Shown piece by piece: positions 19,506 through 31,080 of a stretch of 57,609 bases of DNA. The translations under genes and the position numbers were made by a program. The DNA is from Nitrososphaera sp. (GTDB lineage: Archaea > Thermoproteota > Nitrososphaeria > Nitrososphaerales > Nitrososphaeraceae). How positions within the stretch are numbered: the first letter of the stretch is position 1; the number at the start of each line of letters is the position of its first letter. Below the pieces are notes generated by a model. That model was not told the origin of the DNA. It saw only the letters and a list, made by a program, of their open reading frames with translations, and made no database searches. The stretch spans positions 1-57,609 of the forward strand of contig JAICEE010000001.1 of the NCBI GenBank assembly GCA_025924355.1, in the 5' to 3' direction.

Positions 19506-21026
19506 TTGGGTCTTCTCTCTAGGCAGGCATACTCTGTGTCAATGTCACTTGTCTTGATACCCTTAGCATTATCTGCTTATACGCACTTGTGGAATCCTGT
19601 CGGCTTTCCTAACCTTTTCTATGACGAAGGAGTCTACACACGAAGAGCCATGCATGTCATGGAAGGTCTTGGACCACAAGAGGCATATTATTATGATCAC
19701 CCCTTTTTTGGACAAATCTTTCTGGGGGGTATACTAACGATTATTGGCTATCCAGAATCATTAAATCCTTCTCCGGATCTGCAATCGATAGAATCCCTCT
19801 ATCAAGTTCCCAGAATCTTAATGGGAATATTGGCAGTAATTGATACTTTTCTCATCTACAAAATCTCAGAGCGTATCTATAACAGAAATATTGCGTTATT
19901 TGCCTCAATTTTATTTGCAGTAATGCCTGTAGCATGGTTTACTAGAATGATATTGCTAGATTCTATTCTCCTACCATTTCTTCTCTTTTCAATATTTCTG
20001 GCATTTTATGCTACAAAATCAAAGTCAGAAAAAAATAACAACAATAATTATATTCTAATTGTGCTGTCAGGAGTATTCCTGGGCACAGCCATTTTTACAA
20101 AGATTCCTGCATTTACCATGATCCCCTTAGTAGCTTTCCTAATTTACCGGAATAATAATAGAAGCCTAAAAGCTCTTGGAATATGGTTTGTTCCTGTGAT
20201 ACTGATCCCGCTAATTTGGCCTGCTCAGAGTATACTAGCTGGTGCATTTAGCTCATGGACAAATGATGTGCTTTGGCAAATAAACAGAGAAAATGCCGGC
20301 CTGCCTTGGATCGTGTTCCTTTTAGCTATTACCGATCCCTTTATTTTTGCGGCGGGGTTTGGTGGCCTAGCTTATTCCTTCGTAAGAAGAGACTATTTCA
20401 TTCTTTTATGGATTCTTCCATTCATGGCATTCCTTGGTGTGCTAGGGTACACTAACTTCTTTTATTGGATTCCTATTTTACCGGCGCTCTGTATAGGGGC
20501 AGCTAAACTGCTATTTGATATAATACAAAAGAGTAAAAAAATTAGTCAAAAGACGCTTACAGTTGCGATACTTTCATCAATTGTTGTTTTTGGATTGACT
20601 AGTACTACGCTGCTTATTGTCACAGATGTTACTTCGGCTCAGATTGAATCCGCTGCTTATGTTGCTAGGTATTTGGACGGAACGGAAGACGGCGCCGCCG
20701 GCAACCCAACCGTAGTTTCGAACCCAATTTATTCCTGGATATTCAAATACGTATTTGATAAGGACCATATATTCTCTGATTATCGAGACATGCTTTATTT
20801 CCCTGTAGACACCGCTAAAAGCAGAGTTCTACTAATAGACGATCCAAGATTCAAACTCGATATTGGAAATGAAGACAACCAACTGCTTCATGAGCTCTAT
20901 AGAAATACAAGCGCGATTGCAACATTCAGAGGTGAGGTGACTAATTTTGATTTAGGCTTATACCCTTACACCAGTATGATAGAAAACTACGAGGGAAGCG
21001 AAATCGCAATCAGAATGAATAATTGA
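19506..21026 (+). CDS. GT-C glycosyltransferase (ArnT/PMT family)
   Basis: YDEGVY, YYDHPFFG, ILLDS, TKIP; multiple TM segments. Confidence 0.85.
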   Translation: MGLLSRQAYSVSMSLVLIPLALSAYTHLWNPVGFPNLFYDEGVYTRRAMHVMEGLGPQEAYYYDHPFFGQIFLGGILTIIGYPESLNPSPDLQSIESLYQVPRILMGILAVIDTFLIYKISERIYNRNIALFASILFAVMPVAWFTRMILLDSILLPFLLFSIFLAFYATKSKSEKNNNNNYILIVLSGVFLGTAIFTKIPAFTMIPLVAFLIYRNNNRSLKALGIWFVPVILIPLIWPAQSILAGAFSSWTNDVLWQINRENAGLPWIVFLLAITDPFIFAAGFGGLAYSFVRRDYFILLWILPFMAFLGVLGYTNFFYWIPILPALCIGAAKLLFDIIQKSKKISQKTLTVAILSSIVVFGLTSTTLLIVTDVTSAQIESAAYVARYLDGTEDGAAGNPTVVSNPIYSWIFKYVFDKDHIFSDYRDMLYFPVDTAKSRVLLIDDPRFKLDIGNEDNQLLHELYRNTSAIATFRGEVTNFDLGLYPYTSMIENYEGSEIAIRMNN

Positions 21027-21079
21027 CATTCATAAGGTTTTTAAAACTCACCCAAAACATGAGCTAAGTAACAAAGGGC

Positions 21080-23425
21080 ATGGCAAGCTGGCAATCGATA
21101 CCCGTTCTAGTGAACCGCAGGCTGTTGTTTGCTGGAATATTCCTTATAGCTCTATCTGGTCTAGTACTTGAAGTATCAATCACAAGGATATTTTCTGCCG
21201 CCATATGGTACCATTTTGCTTTCGTAGCAGTATCTGTAGCACTTGTCGGCCTAGGAGCCTCAGGTCTAGTTGTACAGCACCGTGTAAATAAGCTGAAAGG
21301 TAAGTGGGCTGAGAACCTAACTATATACTCTGCATGGGGCATAACCATCTTTATCCCCATAACTCTTTTTGTTATGCACGCGCTAGCTTCACAGGTTATC
21401 TACCTTCCTTTGTTTATGATCCTTTTCTCGGTGCCATTTTTTTTAGTCGGAATTATAATATCTGCCGCATTCAATGCATTTGCTTCTGTGGCTGGAAGGC
21501 TATATGCTGCCGATTTGATTGGTGCGTCTGCTGGGGCTCTTCTGGTAGTTTTGTTTTTGGTGCTTACAGGTGGTGAAGGCGCGACTCTTATAGTTGGATT
21601 AATATCAGCGATAGGTGGCACTATATTTTCGAGGATCGCAAAGAATAGCAAAAAAACTGTTGTGAGTCTTATCTTTGTAGCATTTGCTATATCACTTATT
21701 TTCCTTAATCAAGCTACGCAGATCTTTGCAATACCTACAGATCCGACAGCTCAGAAAGACCTACCAATATATCTGCGTGAGCATCCGGGATCCAAAATAG
21801 TCAAGACAGAATGGAACTCATTTTCCAGAATAGACGTAGTTGAAGGAGGTGCGGGCGGCGAGGGGCTTGTAGCAAAGGTCTTTATCGACGGCGGAGCTGG
21901 AACCAACATTATATCATGGGACGGCAACACTGAAAGCAGACAAGAACTTTCTACTTGGATGCAGTACCTACCTTTCAAAATGATACCTGATCCCAAAGTT
22001 CTTGTGATCGGATCTGGTGGTGGGAGAGACGTGGTTGCATCATTGGTAAGCGGGAGCAAGGATATCACATCAGTGGAAATAAACCCAATAATCTATGAAA
22101 CTGTCAAAAGCTATGGTGATAGGGCTGGAAATGTGTATTCTCATGAAGATGTAAGATCATATGTGGATGAGGGGCGAAGCTTCATAACCCGTTCTTCTGA
22201 AAAGTATGATATTATTTATGTACCGTTTGTCGATACTTGGGCGTCCGTATCGTCAGGGGGCCTAAGCGTTTCAGAAAACTTTCTATATACATTGGAAGGA
22301 TTCCAACAATATTACGATCACCTGACTGAGAGAGGCAAGATTGTTACAGTCAGGTGGCTGATCGATGCCCCAAGATTTATCAGTACATATGCTAAATTGC
22401 TTGAACAAAACGGTATACCCCAGGATCAACTCCACAGGCATCTAATCATGGTAACCTCTGATTCATATACGCAAGACCCAAGTGTGACTATGGTCATCTT
22501 TTCAAAGTCTCCTTTTACTGACGAAGAGATAAGATTTCTCTCACAATCCTTTTCCCAATACGATTACAAGCCTATCCTGGTCCCTGGACAAATAATGCGA
22601 GAGCCTTACTCTGCCCTTCTTAGTGGAGAGGTTAACCTTGACCAGTTTTATGGCATGTTCGAAACAAAGGTGTATCCAGTAACGGATGATAATCCGTATT
22701 TCTTATCATTTGAAAAGCCACTACCCGGAGCAGTGGAAGTACTACTCTATGCCAGCGTTGGAATTGTAGCGATATTTTTGCTTGTACCTTTTGCATGGAT
22801 GAGGCGAAGAAGAGAAAAAGAAGTTGATACAAGAAAAAGTGAGATTGGAATTGCAACTGTGATACCATATTTTGCAGCCCTAGGCGTGGGCTTCATATTG
22901 ATAGAGCTCGCACTCCTGCAAAAGCTCATACTCTTAATGGGCAATCCTACAATGACTTTTGCGCTATTGTTATTTACTTTGCTTATATCAAGCGGAGCAG
23001 GTAGCTTTCTTAGCTCGAGAATTGCAAAGAACAATATGAAAAACTTAGTTTTTGTAATAGGAGGCATCGCTGGACTTGGTATATTGTACGTGCTTTTTCT
23101 CCCGCCGATAATATATTCAACCATCGCAGAACCTTTTGAGGTCAAAGCTGCAGTAAGTATCGCTATTCTTGCTCCTATTGGGTTTCTAATGGGGATGCCC
23201 CTTCCTACGGGTATGCGTTTGCTAAAGGTGCACAGACCAGATTACATACCATGGATGTGGGCAGTTAACGGCGCATTCTCTGTCTTGGGCGCGGTGCTTG
23301 CCATAGCACTTGGAATTATGTACGGTTCATCTCTAGCAATGATCTTAGGGATCTTGATCTACCTAATTGCTCTCGGGATATCTTTTGCATCAAAGAAAAA
23401 GACCATAACACAAGTTGCAACCTAA
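21080..23425 (+). CDS. Membrane-embedded spermidine-synthase-like class I SAM-binding protein
   Basis: About 7 N-terminal TMs, VLVIGSGGGRDV, VEINP, DEGRSF, SENFLYT, TDDNPYF, about 7 C-terminal TMs. Confidence 0.85.
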   Translation: MASWQSIPVLVNRRLLFAGIFLIALSGLVLEVSITRIFSAAIWYHFAFVAVSVALVGLGASGLVVQHRVNKLKGKWAENLTIYSAWGITIFIPITLFVMHALASQVIYLPLFMILFSVPFFLVGIIISAAFNAFASVAGRLYAADLIGASAGALLVVLFLVLTGGEGATLIVGLISAIGGTIFSRIAKNSKKTVVSLIFVAFAISLIFLNQATQIFAIPTDPTAQKDLPIYLREHPGSKIVKTEWNSFSRIDVVEGGAGGEGLVAKVFIDGGAGTNIISWDGNTESRQELSTWMQYLPFKMIPDPKVLVIGSGGGRDVVASLVSGSKDITSVEINPIIYETVKSYGDRAGNVYSHEDVRSYVDEGRSFITRSSEKYDIIYVPFVDTWASVSSGGLSVSENFLYTLEGFQQYYDHLTERGKIVTVRWLIDAPRFISTYAKLLEQNGIPQDQLHRHLIMVTSDSYTQDPSVTMVIFSKSPFTDEEIRFLSQSFSQYDYKPILVPGQIMREPYSALLSGEVNLDQFYGMFETKVYPVTDDNPYFLSFEKPLPGAVEVLLYASVGIVAIFLLVPFAWMRRRREKEVDTRKSEIGIATVIPYFAALGVGFILIELALLQKLILLMGNPTMTFALLLFTLLISSGAGSFLSSRIAKNNMKNLVFVIGGIAGLGILYVLFLPPIIYSTIAEPFEVKAAVSIAILAPIGFLMGMPLPTGMRLLKVHRPDYIPWMWAVNGAFSVLGAVLAIALGIMYGSSLAMILGILIYLIALGISFASKKKTITQVAT

Positions 23426-23629
23426 GGTTGTAAGGTTGGTTATAAGACGACAGAATTGATAAAGACTCCTCGGGTTGCAATTTTGACCCGAGGACAAAAG
23501 TGGAAGATAAAATAGATAACGTCAAGGCAAGCCCAAGAAGTGATATTAGCATAAGCCCAGTGGGTTTCTTTTGCTACAAAATCTTCTACCGGATCTTCAA
23601 AGAGCAGCATAAAACCAAAATAATGATCC

Positions 23630-24802
23630 TCATTTTTTGGGGTATCTGCCAATAACCGTGCCGTCAAATTCAAACAATACAACTTCGATTTGGAGCTGGC
23701 CTCTTGCATGCTCATGCATCTGCTCAGCCACCCTTTTACATAGTTGGTCATGATAGCTTAGAATATTGTTTCTCTTGACTATCTCTGAAACATGTCTTGC
23801 AGTATTCGCACTGTTGATCTCATCGATGACATTTTGCGGAGCGTCACAATCAGCCGCAAGCCGTGCCATGAACTCCATGTCGATATGAGAGCCGGCTACA
23901 TGAGTCTGTTTGATACCCATCGCCATTTTAGTAAGCTTACCAATAAAGCCAGCAATAATCACCTGTCTTATAGTCATCTTGTTAGCACATTGCTTTATAG
24001 AGTAGCCTGCAAAGTCACCCATCTGGATAAAGCAGTGGTCTGGCAGCTTGAACATCTCTTTGGCAAAGTCTTCACTCCTTCCTCCTGTGGTAAGGACTAC
24101 ACTATCAGCATCCATAGCAGTCGCAACATCAAGGCCTTGCCTTATTGAAGCAGCAAATGATGCAGTAGAGTATGGAAGGACTAGGCCGGTGGTGCCAAGT
24201 ATCGAGATACCACCTAATATTCCAAGGCGTGGATTGTCTGTTTTTTTGGCAATTTCTTCTCCATTTGGAACAGAAATTACTACGTCAATGCCTTGATTTT
24301 CCAACTGATCTCTAGCAACTTCACGGACTGCCTGCTCCAGCATCTTTAAGGGCGTTGGATTTATGGCAGCCTTGCCAATTTCAAGACCTAGGCCTGGCTT
24401 TGTTACTCTGCCTACTCCTTTACCACCATCGATATAGATATTAGTTGCATTTTTGCTGAAGGAGACAGTCGAGCATATCTCCGCACCATGCGTAGCGTCG
24501 GGATCATCGCCACCGTCCTTTATCGCTGCGCAAGTAACCTTACCGTTACCTTCGTTCTTTGTCCAAGCAATCTTAAGGGTAGCAGTTTTGCCCTTTGGCA
24601 ATGATACAGCCACCCGTTCGATTGGCTTGCCATTGATAAGTGCATACAGTGCTCCTTTTGTGGCGGCAGTCGCAGTGGTGCCAGTAGTATAGCCCGTTCG
24701 GAGAGTCCCTTTGCGCTTCTTTTCCTCTATTTCTGGAGGAAGCTTCTGTTCCTGCTCTGCTAACTTTTCTAAGTCTTGGTCCTTATCCTTGTCTAGAAAC
24801 AT
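23630..24802 (-). CDS. cbiD: Cobalt-precorrin-5B C1-methyltransferase
   Basis: LRTGYTTGT, KDGGDDPDATHG, NPRLGILGGISILGTTG. Confidence 0.96.
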   Translation of the reverse strand: MFLDKDKDQDLEKLAEQEQKLPPEIEEKKRKGTLRTGYTTGTTATAATKGALYALINGKPIERVAVSLPKGKTATLKIAWTKNEGNGKVTCAAIKDGGDDPDATHGAEICSTVSFSKNATNIYIDGGKGVGRVTKPGLGLEIGKAAINPTPLKMLEQAVREVARDQLENQGIDVVISVPNGEEIAKKTDNPRLGILGGISILGTTGLVLPYSTASFAASIRQGLDVATAMDADSVVLTTGGRSEDFAKEMFKLPDHCFIQMGDFAGYSIKQCANKMTIRQVIIAGFIGKLTKMAMGIKQTHVAGSHIDMEFMARLAADCDAPQNVIDEINSANTARHVSEIVKRNNILSYHDQLCKRVAEQMHEHARGQLQIEVVLFEFDGTVIGRYPKK

Positions 24803-25569
24803 TATAGCATCACTGTACCTCCGTCTATAACTATCGTATTTCCAGTGGCAAATGCAAAATCCTCGCTAGCCACACTTGCAGCTATTGTGGCGACCTCTCT
24901 TGGGTCGCCCCACCGCTTCATTGAATTCTCCATTGCCGCCTTTTTCCTTTCAGTTATAGTCATTGAGGCGAAGGTAGCTTCAGTAGAGATGTTGCCAGGG
25001 GCAAGAGTGTATGCTCTAATATTCTTGTCGCCATACTCTAATGCAATGTGCTTTGTTATTGCAATTACTCCGGACTTCGCAATGCTATAGGGAGCACCTG
25101 CCATGTGGCCTGCAATTGCCGGTGTTGAGGCAATGTTAATTATCACTCCCCCTGCTCCTCTGGAGCTGCTGACATTTTTTATCATGAATGGAATCGCGGC
25201 TTGTGAGAGCCTAAATGTACCTTTCAGATCCACATTGATAACTTTTTCGAGATCTTCTTCGGCGACTTCATGGAAACTTTTGTTCCATATCATCCTATCA
25301 AAAGGGTAGCCCGCGTTATTGATCAATATATCAATATGCTTGTGCCTCTCTGCCACAAGGCGCATAAATTCTGCTACGCCTTGGGCATTTGTTACGTCCA
25401 ATCTTTCAGGGTATGTCTTGCCTTCTATCCTGCTGGCGGAATTATCTGCTCTTGCCATACTTCTTGAACACATAATGACTGTCGCACCCCTTTTAGCCAA
25501 TTGTTTTGAGATCTCAAAGCCAAGGCCCCTGCTGGCACCGGTGACTATTGCAATCTTATCCTTTAGCAA
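24802..25569 (-). CDS. SDR family oxidoreductase
   Basis: TGASRGLG, NNAG, YSIAK, IDGG; stop overlaps the cbiD start. Confidence 0.93.
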   Translation of the reverse strand: MLKDKIAIVTGASRGLGFEISKQLAKRGATVIMCSRSMARADNSASRIEGKTYPERLDVTNAQGVAEFMRLVAERHKHIDILINNAGYPFDRMIWNKSFHEVAEEDLEKVINVDLKGTFRLSQAAIPFMIKNVSSSRGAGGVIINIASTPAIAGHMAGAPYSIAKSGVIAITKHIALEYGDKNIRAYTLAPGNISTEATFASMTITERKKAAMENSMKRWGDPREVATIAASVASEDFAFATGNTIVIDGGTVML

Positions 25570-25887
25570 CTGGCAATTTATGCTAAAGCGCTATTTTTAA
25601 CATTATCAATCTATTATTAGACAGACTATTTTATGGCTCTCACTACTTATTTTTTTAAATTAGAATGGAAAATTCTGGGCCTTCTATACTTGGGAATAAT
25701 AAAATCGTGACAGATCCAATCAGGGCGAAGTAATGTAATACAATAATAACATTCAAAAAACCATCAAGAACCTTGCTAATTCCGCTGAAGACACATTAAA
25801 GGAAGCAGCATTGAACGTCTCTAAATAATCTAGTCAACTTGTGATATCCATATGGACTTCAAAAGCCAACTATAAGAAGAAAGATTT

Positions 25888-26283
25888 TTACCATACTCTG
25901 ATTTCTTTTTTTATTCCATCGAGGCATATTCTATAGTTGTCAAGTATATCGCGACCAACCAGTGCCTTAGCTGGCGTTCGCTCTGGCAGATCGAGGCACC
26001 CAACATGGATGTTGTCATAGATTTTGTCAAAAATCTCTATTGAAACCTCGTAGTAAGGGATATGTATTATTCCTGCTCCTGTTGCTGTCTCATCGCTTCC
26101 GGCAAATGATAGATTCATCTCGTTCGCAATATATGTGGGAATAATTGTCTTTGATGAGGCAAAATCGAGATGGGCATCGACAACAATTTTCTTATTGCTG
26201 CCTGCATCTATGAGGCCAACACAGACCACCGGCAAATCGTTCTTGTATTGAATTGTAATAACTCGCGGTTCCTCTTCTTTCAT
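25888..26283 (-). CDS. Retropepsin-like (clan AA) aspartic protease homologue
   Basis: AHLDFASSKTII where DTG is expected; ALVGRDIL C-terminal motif. Confidence 0.7.
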   Translation of the reverse strand: MKEEEPRVITIQYKNDLPVVCVGLIDAGSNKKIVVDAHLDFASSKTIIPTYIANEMNLSFAGSDETATGAGIIHIPYYEVSIEIFDKIYDNIHVGCLDLPERTPAKALVGRDILDNYRICLDGIKKEIRVW

Positions 26284-26454
26284 ACTAGAATCACTATGGA
26301 CTACAAACTATGACACTGTTTTGTTAAAATAACTATGTGGTCATAATATATTATATCTTGCTGGTTTTCATTTCTGGCCCAACACCTTGGCCATCTGAAA
26401 TTGCATCATGAAGATGAAAGATTAAAGTACTCCCTCGATCCTTGTATGAGATAT

Positions 26455-26673
26455 ATGGCACGAAAGTTTGAAGAATGGTGGAATACAGTTCCGGCTGACT
26501 TGAAGCAAAAAGCTCGCAAAGGTGACGAATCAAACAAGCCCTTACTCAACCAAATTAACTATGTTCTTCTGCATCTTCATTTGGCAGGCAAGCACGACGC
26601 CAAGCCAACACATGATGAGCTGAAGGATTGGCTGCACAGTGGCCAAGTTGACGTGCTCAGAATGAACAAATAG
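26455..26673 (+). CDS. Small hypothetical protein
   Basis: 72-aa protein-like composition from MARKFEEWW; start chosen at ATG 26455. Confidence 0.7.
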   Translation: MARKFEEWWNTVPADLKQKARKGDESNKPLLNQINYVLLHLHLAGKHDAKPTHDELKDWLHSGQVDVLRMNK

Positions 26674-26846
26674 AATCATGGATCTACAGGCCAATGCATG
26701 TGCACAAGAGCGCAGCACGGCATTTACCTTTTTTTCTATCCCTTGAAGATTTTGGTCTGAGAGCCCTAACAGCCTTTTCATCCCTATATAATATATTGTG
26801 TATGAGAGCAAACGAGGGGCGAGAAGCCAGACTTGCTTTTCGCTTA

Positions 26847-29051
26847 CTATCGATAATATGAAAGTGCTCTCGTTTCTTCAGGCTTCCTCTCTCTTTGAGT
26901 TCTTATCTTCTTTACACCCTCTTCAAAGTGACGCATCAGCACGTGTGCTTCTGATGCATGCTTTGCTGCTTCTTCTGGTGTCGGGTACTTTGCGAGATAT
27001 TCATGTAGTACAAGGGACACAGCAGTATTTACGATGGCAGCGGCGTCAGCTCCGCTAAAACCATCTGTTATATCTGCTATTTTCTCAAGGTCCACATCTG
27101 CTCCTATTGGCTTATCAGTAGCATAAATTTCAAGTATTCTCTTTCTTGTCCTTTTGTCAGGATTTGGTACAAATACTATTCTATCAAATCTTCCCGGTCT
27201 CAACAACGCGGTATCAATCATATCTGGTCTGTTGGTTGCTGCAAGCACGACGACTCCGTGTAATTCACTTATTCCATCTAGCTCCGTGAGGATCTGCGAT
27301 ATTACCCTATCGTTTGTTCCTATACTGCCGCCACCCATTTCGCCTCCCATTCCTCCTCCTCTTGCCATCGCAATCGAATCGATCTCGTCAAAGAAGACAA
27401 CACACGGAGCTGCCTGCCTTGCCCTCCGAAAGATCTCACGAATTCCGCGTTCAGATTCGCCGACCCACTTGCTCAAGAGTTCAGGTCCCTTTACTGATAT
27501 GAAATTAGCTTCAGATTCCGTTGCCACAGCCTTCGCAAGCATAGTCTTGCCGGTTCCTGAAGGTCCATGCAGCAAAATTCCCTTTGGAACAGTATGGCCT
27601 ATCTTTGCATATAGGTCGGGGTATCTCAGCGGCCACTCGACTGCTTCCTGCAATTCTCTTTTTACTCCTTCAAGCCCTCCAATATCTTCCCATTTTACGT
27701 CAGGAGATTCCAAAAAGACCTCCCGCATGGCTGAAGGCATGACATCCTTTATTGCTTGATTAAAATCATTTTGCGTTATAATCAGCTTGTCGAGTGTTTC
27801 TGGCGGCAATTTTTCATCTTCTAGATTGAGGTCTGGCAACAATCTGCGAAGACACTTCATGGCTGCTTCTTTGCAGAGGTATTCCAAGTCTGCACCGACA
27901 AAACCATGTGTAACTGCGGCTATTTTCTTCTGATCTACATCTGTGTCAAGGGGCATATTGCGGCTATGAATCTGAAGAATCTCCAAACGTCCATTCTTAT
28001 CTGGTACTTTAATCTCAATTTCTCTGTCAAATCTCCCAGGTCTTCTCAAAGCAGGGTCAAGCGCATTTTGCCTATTGGTTGCAGCAATAACAATGACTTT
28101 GCCTCTGCCTTCAAGCCCGTCCATAAGTGACAACATCTGCGAAACAACTCTTCTCTCAACTTCTCCCATCACCTCTTCTCTTTTTGGAGCAATAGAGTCG
28201 ATCTCGTCGATGAAAATGATGGTTGGAGCTTTCTCTCTTGCCTCTTTGAATATCTCTCTCAAGCGTGCCTCTGATTCTCCATAGAATTTGCTCATGATTT
28301 CAGGTCCTGATATGCTTATAAAGTGAGAATTGCTCTCACTTGCAACCGCCTTGGCTAACAATGTCTTGCCAGTGCCTGGAGGACCGAAAAGGAGCACACC
28401 CTTTGGGGCTTCTATCCCAAGTTTCTCAAATATTTCTGGATGTCTTAGGGGTAGTTCTATCATTTCTCTGACCTTTTGCATTTCGTCCCTAAGGCCGCCT
28501 ATATCCTCGTAAGATACCTGAGGCATCCCTCTTAATGCCTCGTCCTTTTCAGTTATGGTGAATGCTGTCTTGCTCGTAACAATTGCAGCAGTATCAACAG
28601 CTGGAGGCGGTGTTATCCCTATTATCTGAAACGTCAGCCTACCACCAAAATATGGAACCATCACGTTATCCCCTTTGATTAGGGGCACGCTTTCTAGAGC
28701 ATCTGCCAGATAGCGCTCATCAATTGGAGGTATTGCCTCAAGTGGAGATATTACCACTTTCTCAGCCGGGACAGCCTTGACCTTCCTTGCGTTTATGGCA
28801 TCTCCTATGCCTATGCCAGCATTATTTCTTACCAACCCATCTAGCCTGACGATTCCTTTTCCCTCATCAGAGGGGTAAAGAGGTAAGCATTTGACAACAG
28901 TCCTTCGTTTGCCCTTTATTTCTATAATATCGCCTGTGCTTACTCCTAAAGAACCCATGGTGTCGTAGTCAATTCTTGCCGTGCCCCTGCCAACATCTCG
29001 GGTATAGGCTTCAAGAACCTTTAGTGATACAATGTTATTATTCTGACTCAT
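26847..29051 (-). CDS. cdc48: CDC48/VCP family AAA ATPase
   Basis: N-domain, two AAA modules ([24 protein letters not shown]), C-terminal LSYYR; start at MSQNN. Confidence 0.97.
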   Translation of the reverse strand: MSQNNNIVSLKVLEAYTRDVGRGTARIDYDTMGSLGVSTGDIIEIKGKRRTVVKCLPLYPSDEGKGIVRLDGLVRNNAGIGIGDAINARKVKAVPAEKVVISPLEAIPPIDERYLADALESVPLIKGDNVMVPYFGGRLTFQIIGITPPPAVDTAAIVTSKTAFTITEKDEALRGMPQVSYEDIGGLRDEMQKVREMIELPLRHPEIFEKLGIEAPKGVLLFGPPGTGKTLLAKAVASESNSHFISISGPEIMSKFYGESEARLREIFKEAREKAPTIIFIDEIDSIAPKREEVMGEVERRVVSQMLSLMDGLEGRGKVIVIAATNRQNALDPALRRPGRFDREIEIKVPDKNGRLEILQIHSRNMPLDTDVDQKKIAAVTHGFVGADLEYLCKEAAMKCLRRLLPDLNLEDEKLPPETLDKLIITQNDFNQAIKDVMPSAMREVFLESPDVKWEDIGGLEGVKRELQEAVEWPLRYPDLYAKIGHTVPKGILLHGPSGTGKTMLAKAVATESEANFISVKGPELLSKWVGESERGIREIFRRARQAAPCVVFFDEIDSIAMARGGGMGGEMGGGSIGTNDRVISQILTELDGISELHGVVVLAATNRPDMIDTALLRPGRFDRIVFVPNPDKRTRKRILEIYATDKPIGADVDLEKIADITDGFSGADAAAIVNTAVSLVLHEYLAKYPTPEEAAKHASEAHVLMRHFEEGVKKIRTQRERKPEETRALSYYR

Positions 29052-29649
29052 AAAATCTTTGTCTGCCTGCCTTGTACTGGCACGCAACCTCTAATTAGTC
29101 TTTTCAATCTCATTCAATGCAATTTAAATAAGCATATAACAGGGTAGAATCCTATATCGAAGCTTGCCACTTTTATACCAAACTAAATCCTTTACACCCG
29201 TTCAGAATTGAGTACTGCAATCTGACCATATAACCAACATTACCACTCTAAATGATCTCGCAAGAAGGTGTTTTTCTATGACTTCTTTTTTATCTTTGTC
29301 GAATCCCAATGGGTCTTTCCTCGTCTCTAAGCTTTAGCCAAATCCTGCCTGCATTCAAATACTTTTAGACTCACACTGCCAAGCTAACTCATGGATAGTA
29401 TCTAATGCTTGCCTACTAATTTTTTTGAGCACATACAATAATACCAATACTAATCAGACTATGTACTAAAGTACAACTTCGCTTCCATGTACCACTGATT
29501 ATTGCTGTGTTATCTCGTAAACACCACAAAACAGGCAAAACCCGTTATTACTAACATAGAGGTCTCTTGCCAGTGGGGTGGCGATAGTGGACGAAAAAGC
29601 TCATCGAGATATCATTTGACTTTGGGCTCGATGTAAATTTAGCATAAGC

Positions 29650-30792
29650 TCAGAAGAGATGTCTCTCTGTCTTTTCCCATGTAAAGGTTGGATTGTTTCT
29701 CCCAAAGTGGCCATAGGCGGCAGTTTGTTGGTATATGGGGCGCTTGAGATCGAGTATCCGTATTATTCCTGCGGGCGTCATGTCAAAGTTCTTTCTGACC
29801 AAGCCCTCTATCTGTTCCTCAGTCATCTTGCCTGTTCCAAAAGTTTCTACCATGATAGAGATCGGTTCTGCCACTCCTATTGCATATGCAACTTGCACTT
29901 CGCACTTTTCTGCCAGCCCTGCCGCTACTATGTTCTTAGCTACATATCTTGCCATATAGCAGGCTGACCTGTCAACCTTCGAAGGATCCTTGCCAGAGAA
30001 TGCGCCTCCTCCGTGCCTCCCCATGCCGCCATATGTATCAGCAATTATTTTTCTTCCAGTAAGACCTGTGTCGCTTGGCGGGCCGCCTATCACGAATCTA
30101 CCTGTTGGATTGACAAGAAACTTTGTCTGGCTGTCGATCCAGCTGTCGCAGACTGGTTTTATCACCTTGTTAATCACTTCTTCACGAAGCTGACTCATAC
30201 TGATTTCTGGGGAATGCTGTGTAGAAATTACAACAGAGTCGATCCGTTTGGGCACTCCATCTTCATAGACAACCGACACTTGGGACTTTCCGTCTGGGCG
30301 AACCCAACTGAGCTCTTTTTTCTTTCTTACCTGCGCAAGGCCCATTGACAGCTGATGTGCAACCGTGATCGGGAGAGGCATCAGTTCTGGTGTTTCATTA
30401 GTTGCAAATCCAAACATCAATCCCTGGTCGCCGGCTCCTTGGTCTTTATCTGCGGTCGCATTGACACCCATTGAAATGTCCGGGCTCTGCTCATGAAGTG
30501 ATGCAAGAACTGAACATGAATCACAATCAAAACCATATTCTGGTCTGTCATACCCTATTGCTCGGATGGTGTTACGGACAATTTTCTGCACATCCGCTTT
30601 CCCTTTTGAGGTCACTTCACCTGCGACAAACACAATGCCTGATGTTATCATTGACTCTACAGCAACCCGTGAATCAGGGTCTTGCCGCAAAAACTCGTCG
30701 AGAACTGCGTCTGATATCTGGTCACACACTTTGTCGGGGTGACCCTCAGTTACGCTTTCAGACGAGAACAGCCATTTTTTTGCCATTTGCAA
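29650..30792 (-). CDS. metK: S-adenosylmethionine synthetase, bacterial/eukaryal type
   Basis: [26 protein letters not shown] signatures. Confidence 0.97.
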   Translation of the reverse strand: MQMAKKWLFSSESVTEGHPDKVCDQISDAVLDEFLRQDPDSRVAVESMITSGIVFVAGEVTSKGKADVQKIVRNTIRAIGYDRPEYGFDCDSCSVLASLHEQSPDISMGVNATADKDQGAGDQGLMFGFATNETPELMPLPITVAHQLSMGLAQVRKKKELSWVRPDGKSQVSVVYEDGVPKRIDSVVISTQHSPEISMSQLREEVINKVIKPVCDSWIDSQTKFLVNPTGRFVIGGPPSDTGLTGRKIIADTYGGMGRHGGGAFSGKDPSKVDRSACYMARYVAKNIVAAGLAEKCEVQVAYAIGVAEPISIMVETFGTGKMTEEQIEGLVRKNFDMTPAGIIRILDLKRPIYQQTAAYGHFGRNNPTFTWEKTERHLF

Positions 30793-30822
30793 ACTGCCAC
30801 CAGCTGCACTACTTTATAATGA

Positions 30823-31080
30823 CTAGAATTCTTTTTCCAGTTTGATGAAAAGGACATTATTGCCCCTTATCACCACTTTGCCATAGTTTGCAAGCGCAAC
30901 GGAGCCATTAAACTCCTCGGCATCAGTAAGTATGAGGTTCATATAAGAATCAACATTATTCATTCTGCCCTTGTACTCTATTTCACTTTTTAGTCTAACC
31001 GCAACTTTCCTGTTAATTGCCCGTTGCAGTGTCGAGAGAGGTCGTTTTGGTTGCTGTTGAGATGACGGCGAAGAAGACAA
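30823..31080 (-). CDS. Sm-like (Lsm/SmAP) RNA-binding protein
   Basis: DSYMNLIL and VIRGNNV Sm1/Sm2 motifs. Confidence 0.93.
   Translation of the reverse strand: MSSSPSSQQQPKRPLSTLQRAINRKVAVRLKSEIEYKGRMNNVDSYMNLILTDAEEFNGSVALANYGKVVIRGNNVLFIKLEKEF

Noticed and set aside
29200-29380. Minus-strand VSLKVFE peptide resembling the CDC48 N-terminus (VSLKVLE), a possible duplicated remnant
   Set aside because: Similarity covers only 7 residues and DNA identity is low; could be chance
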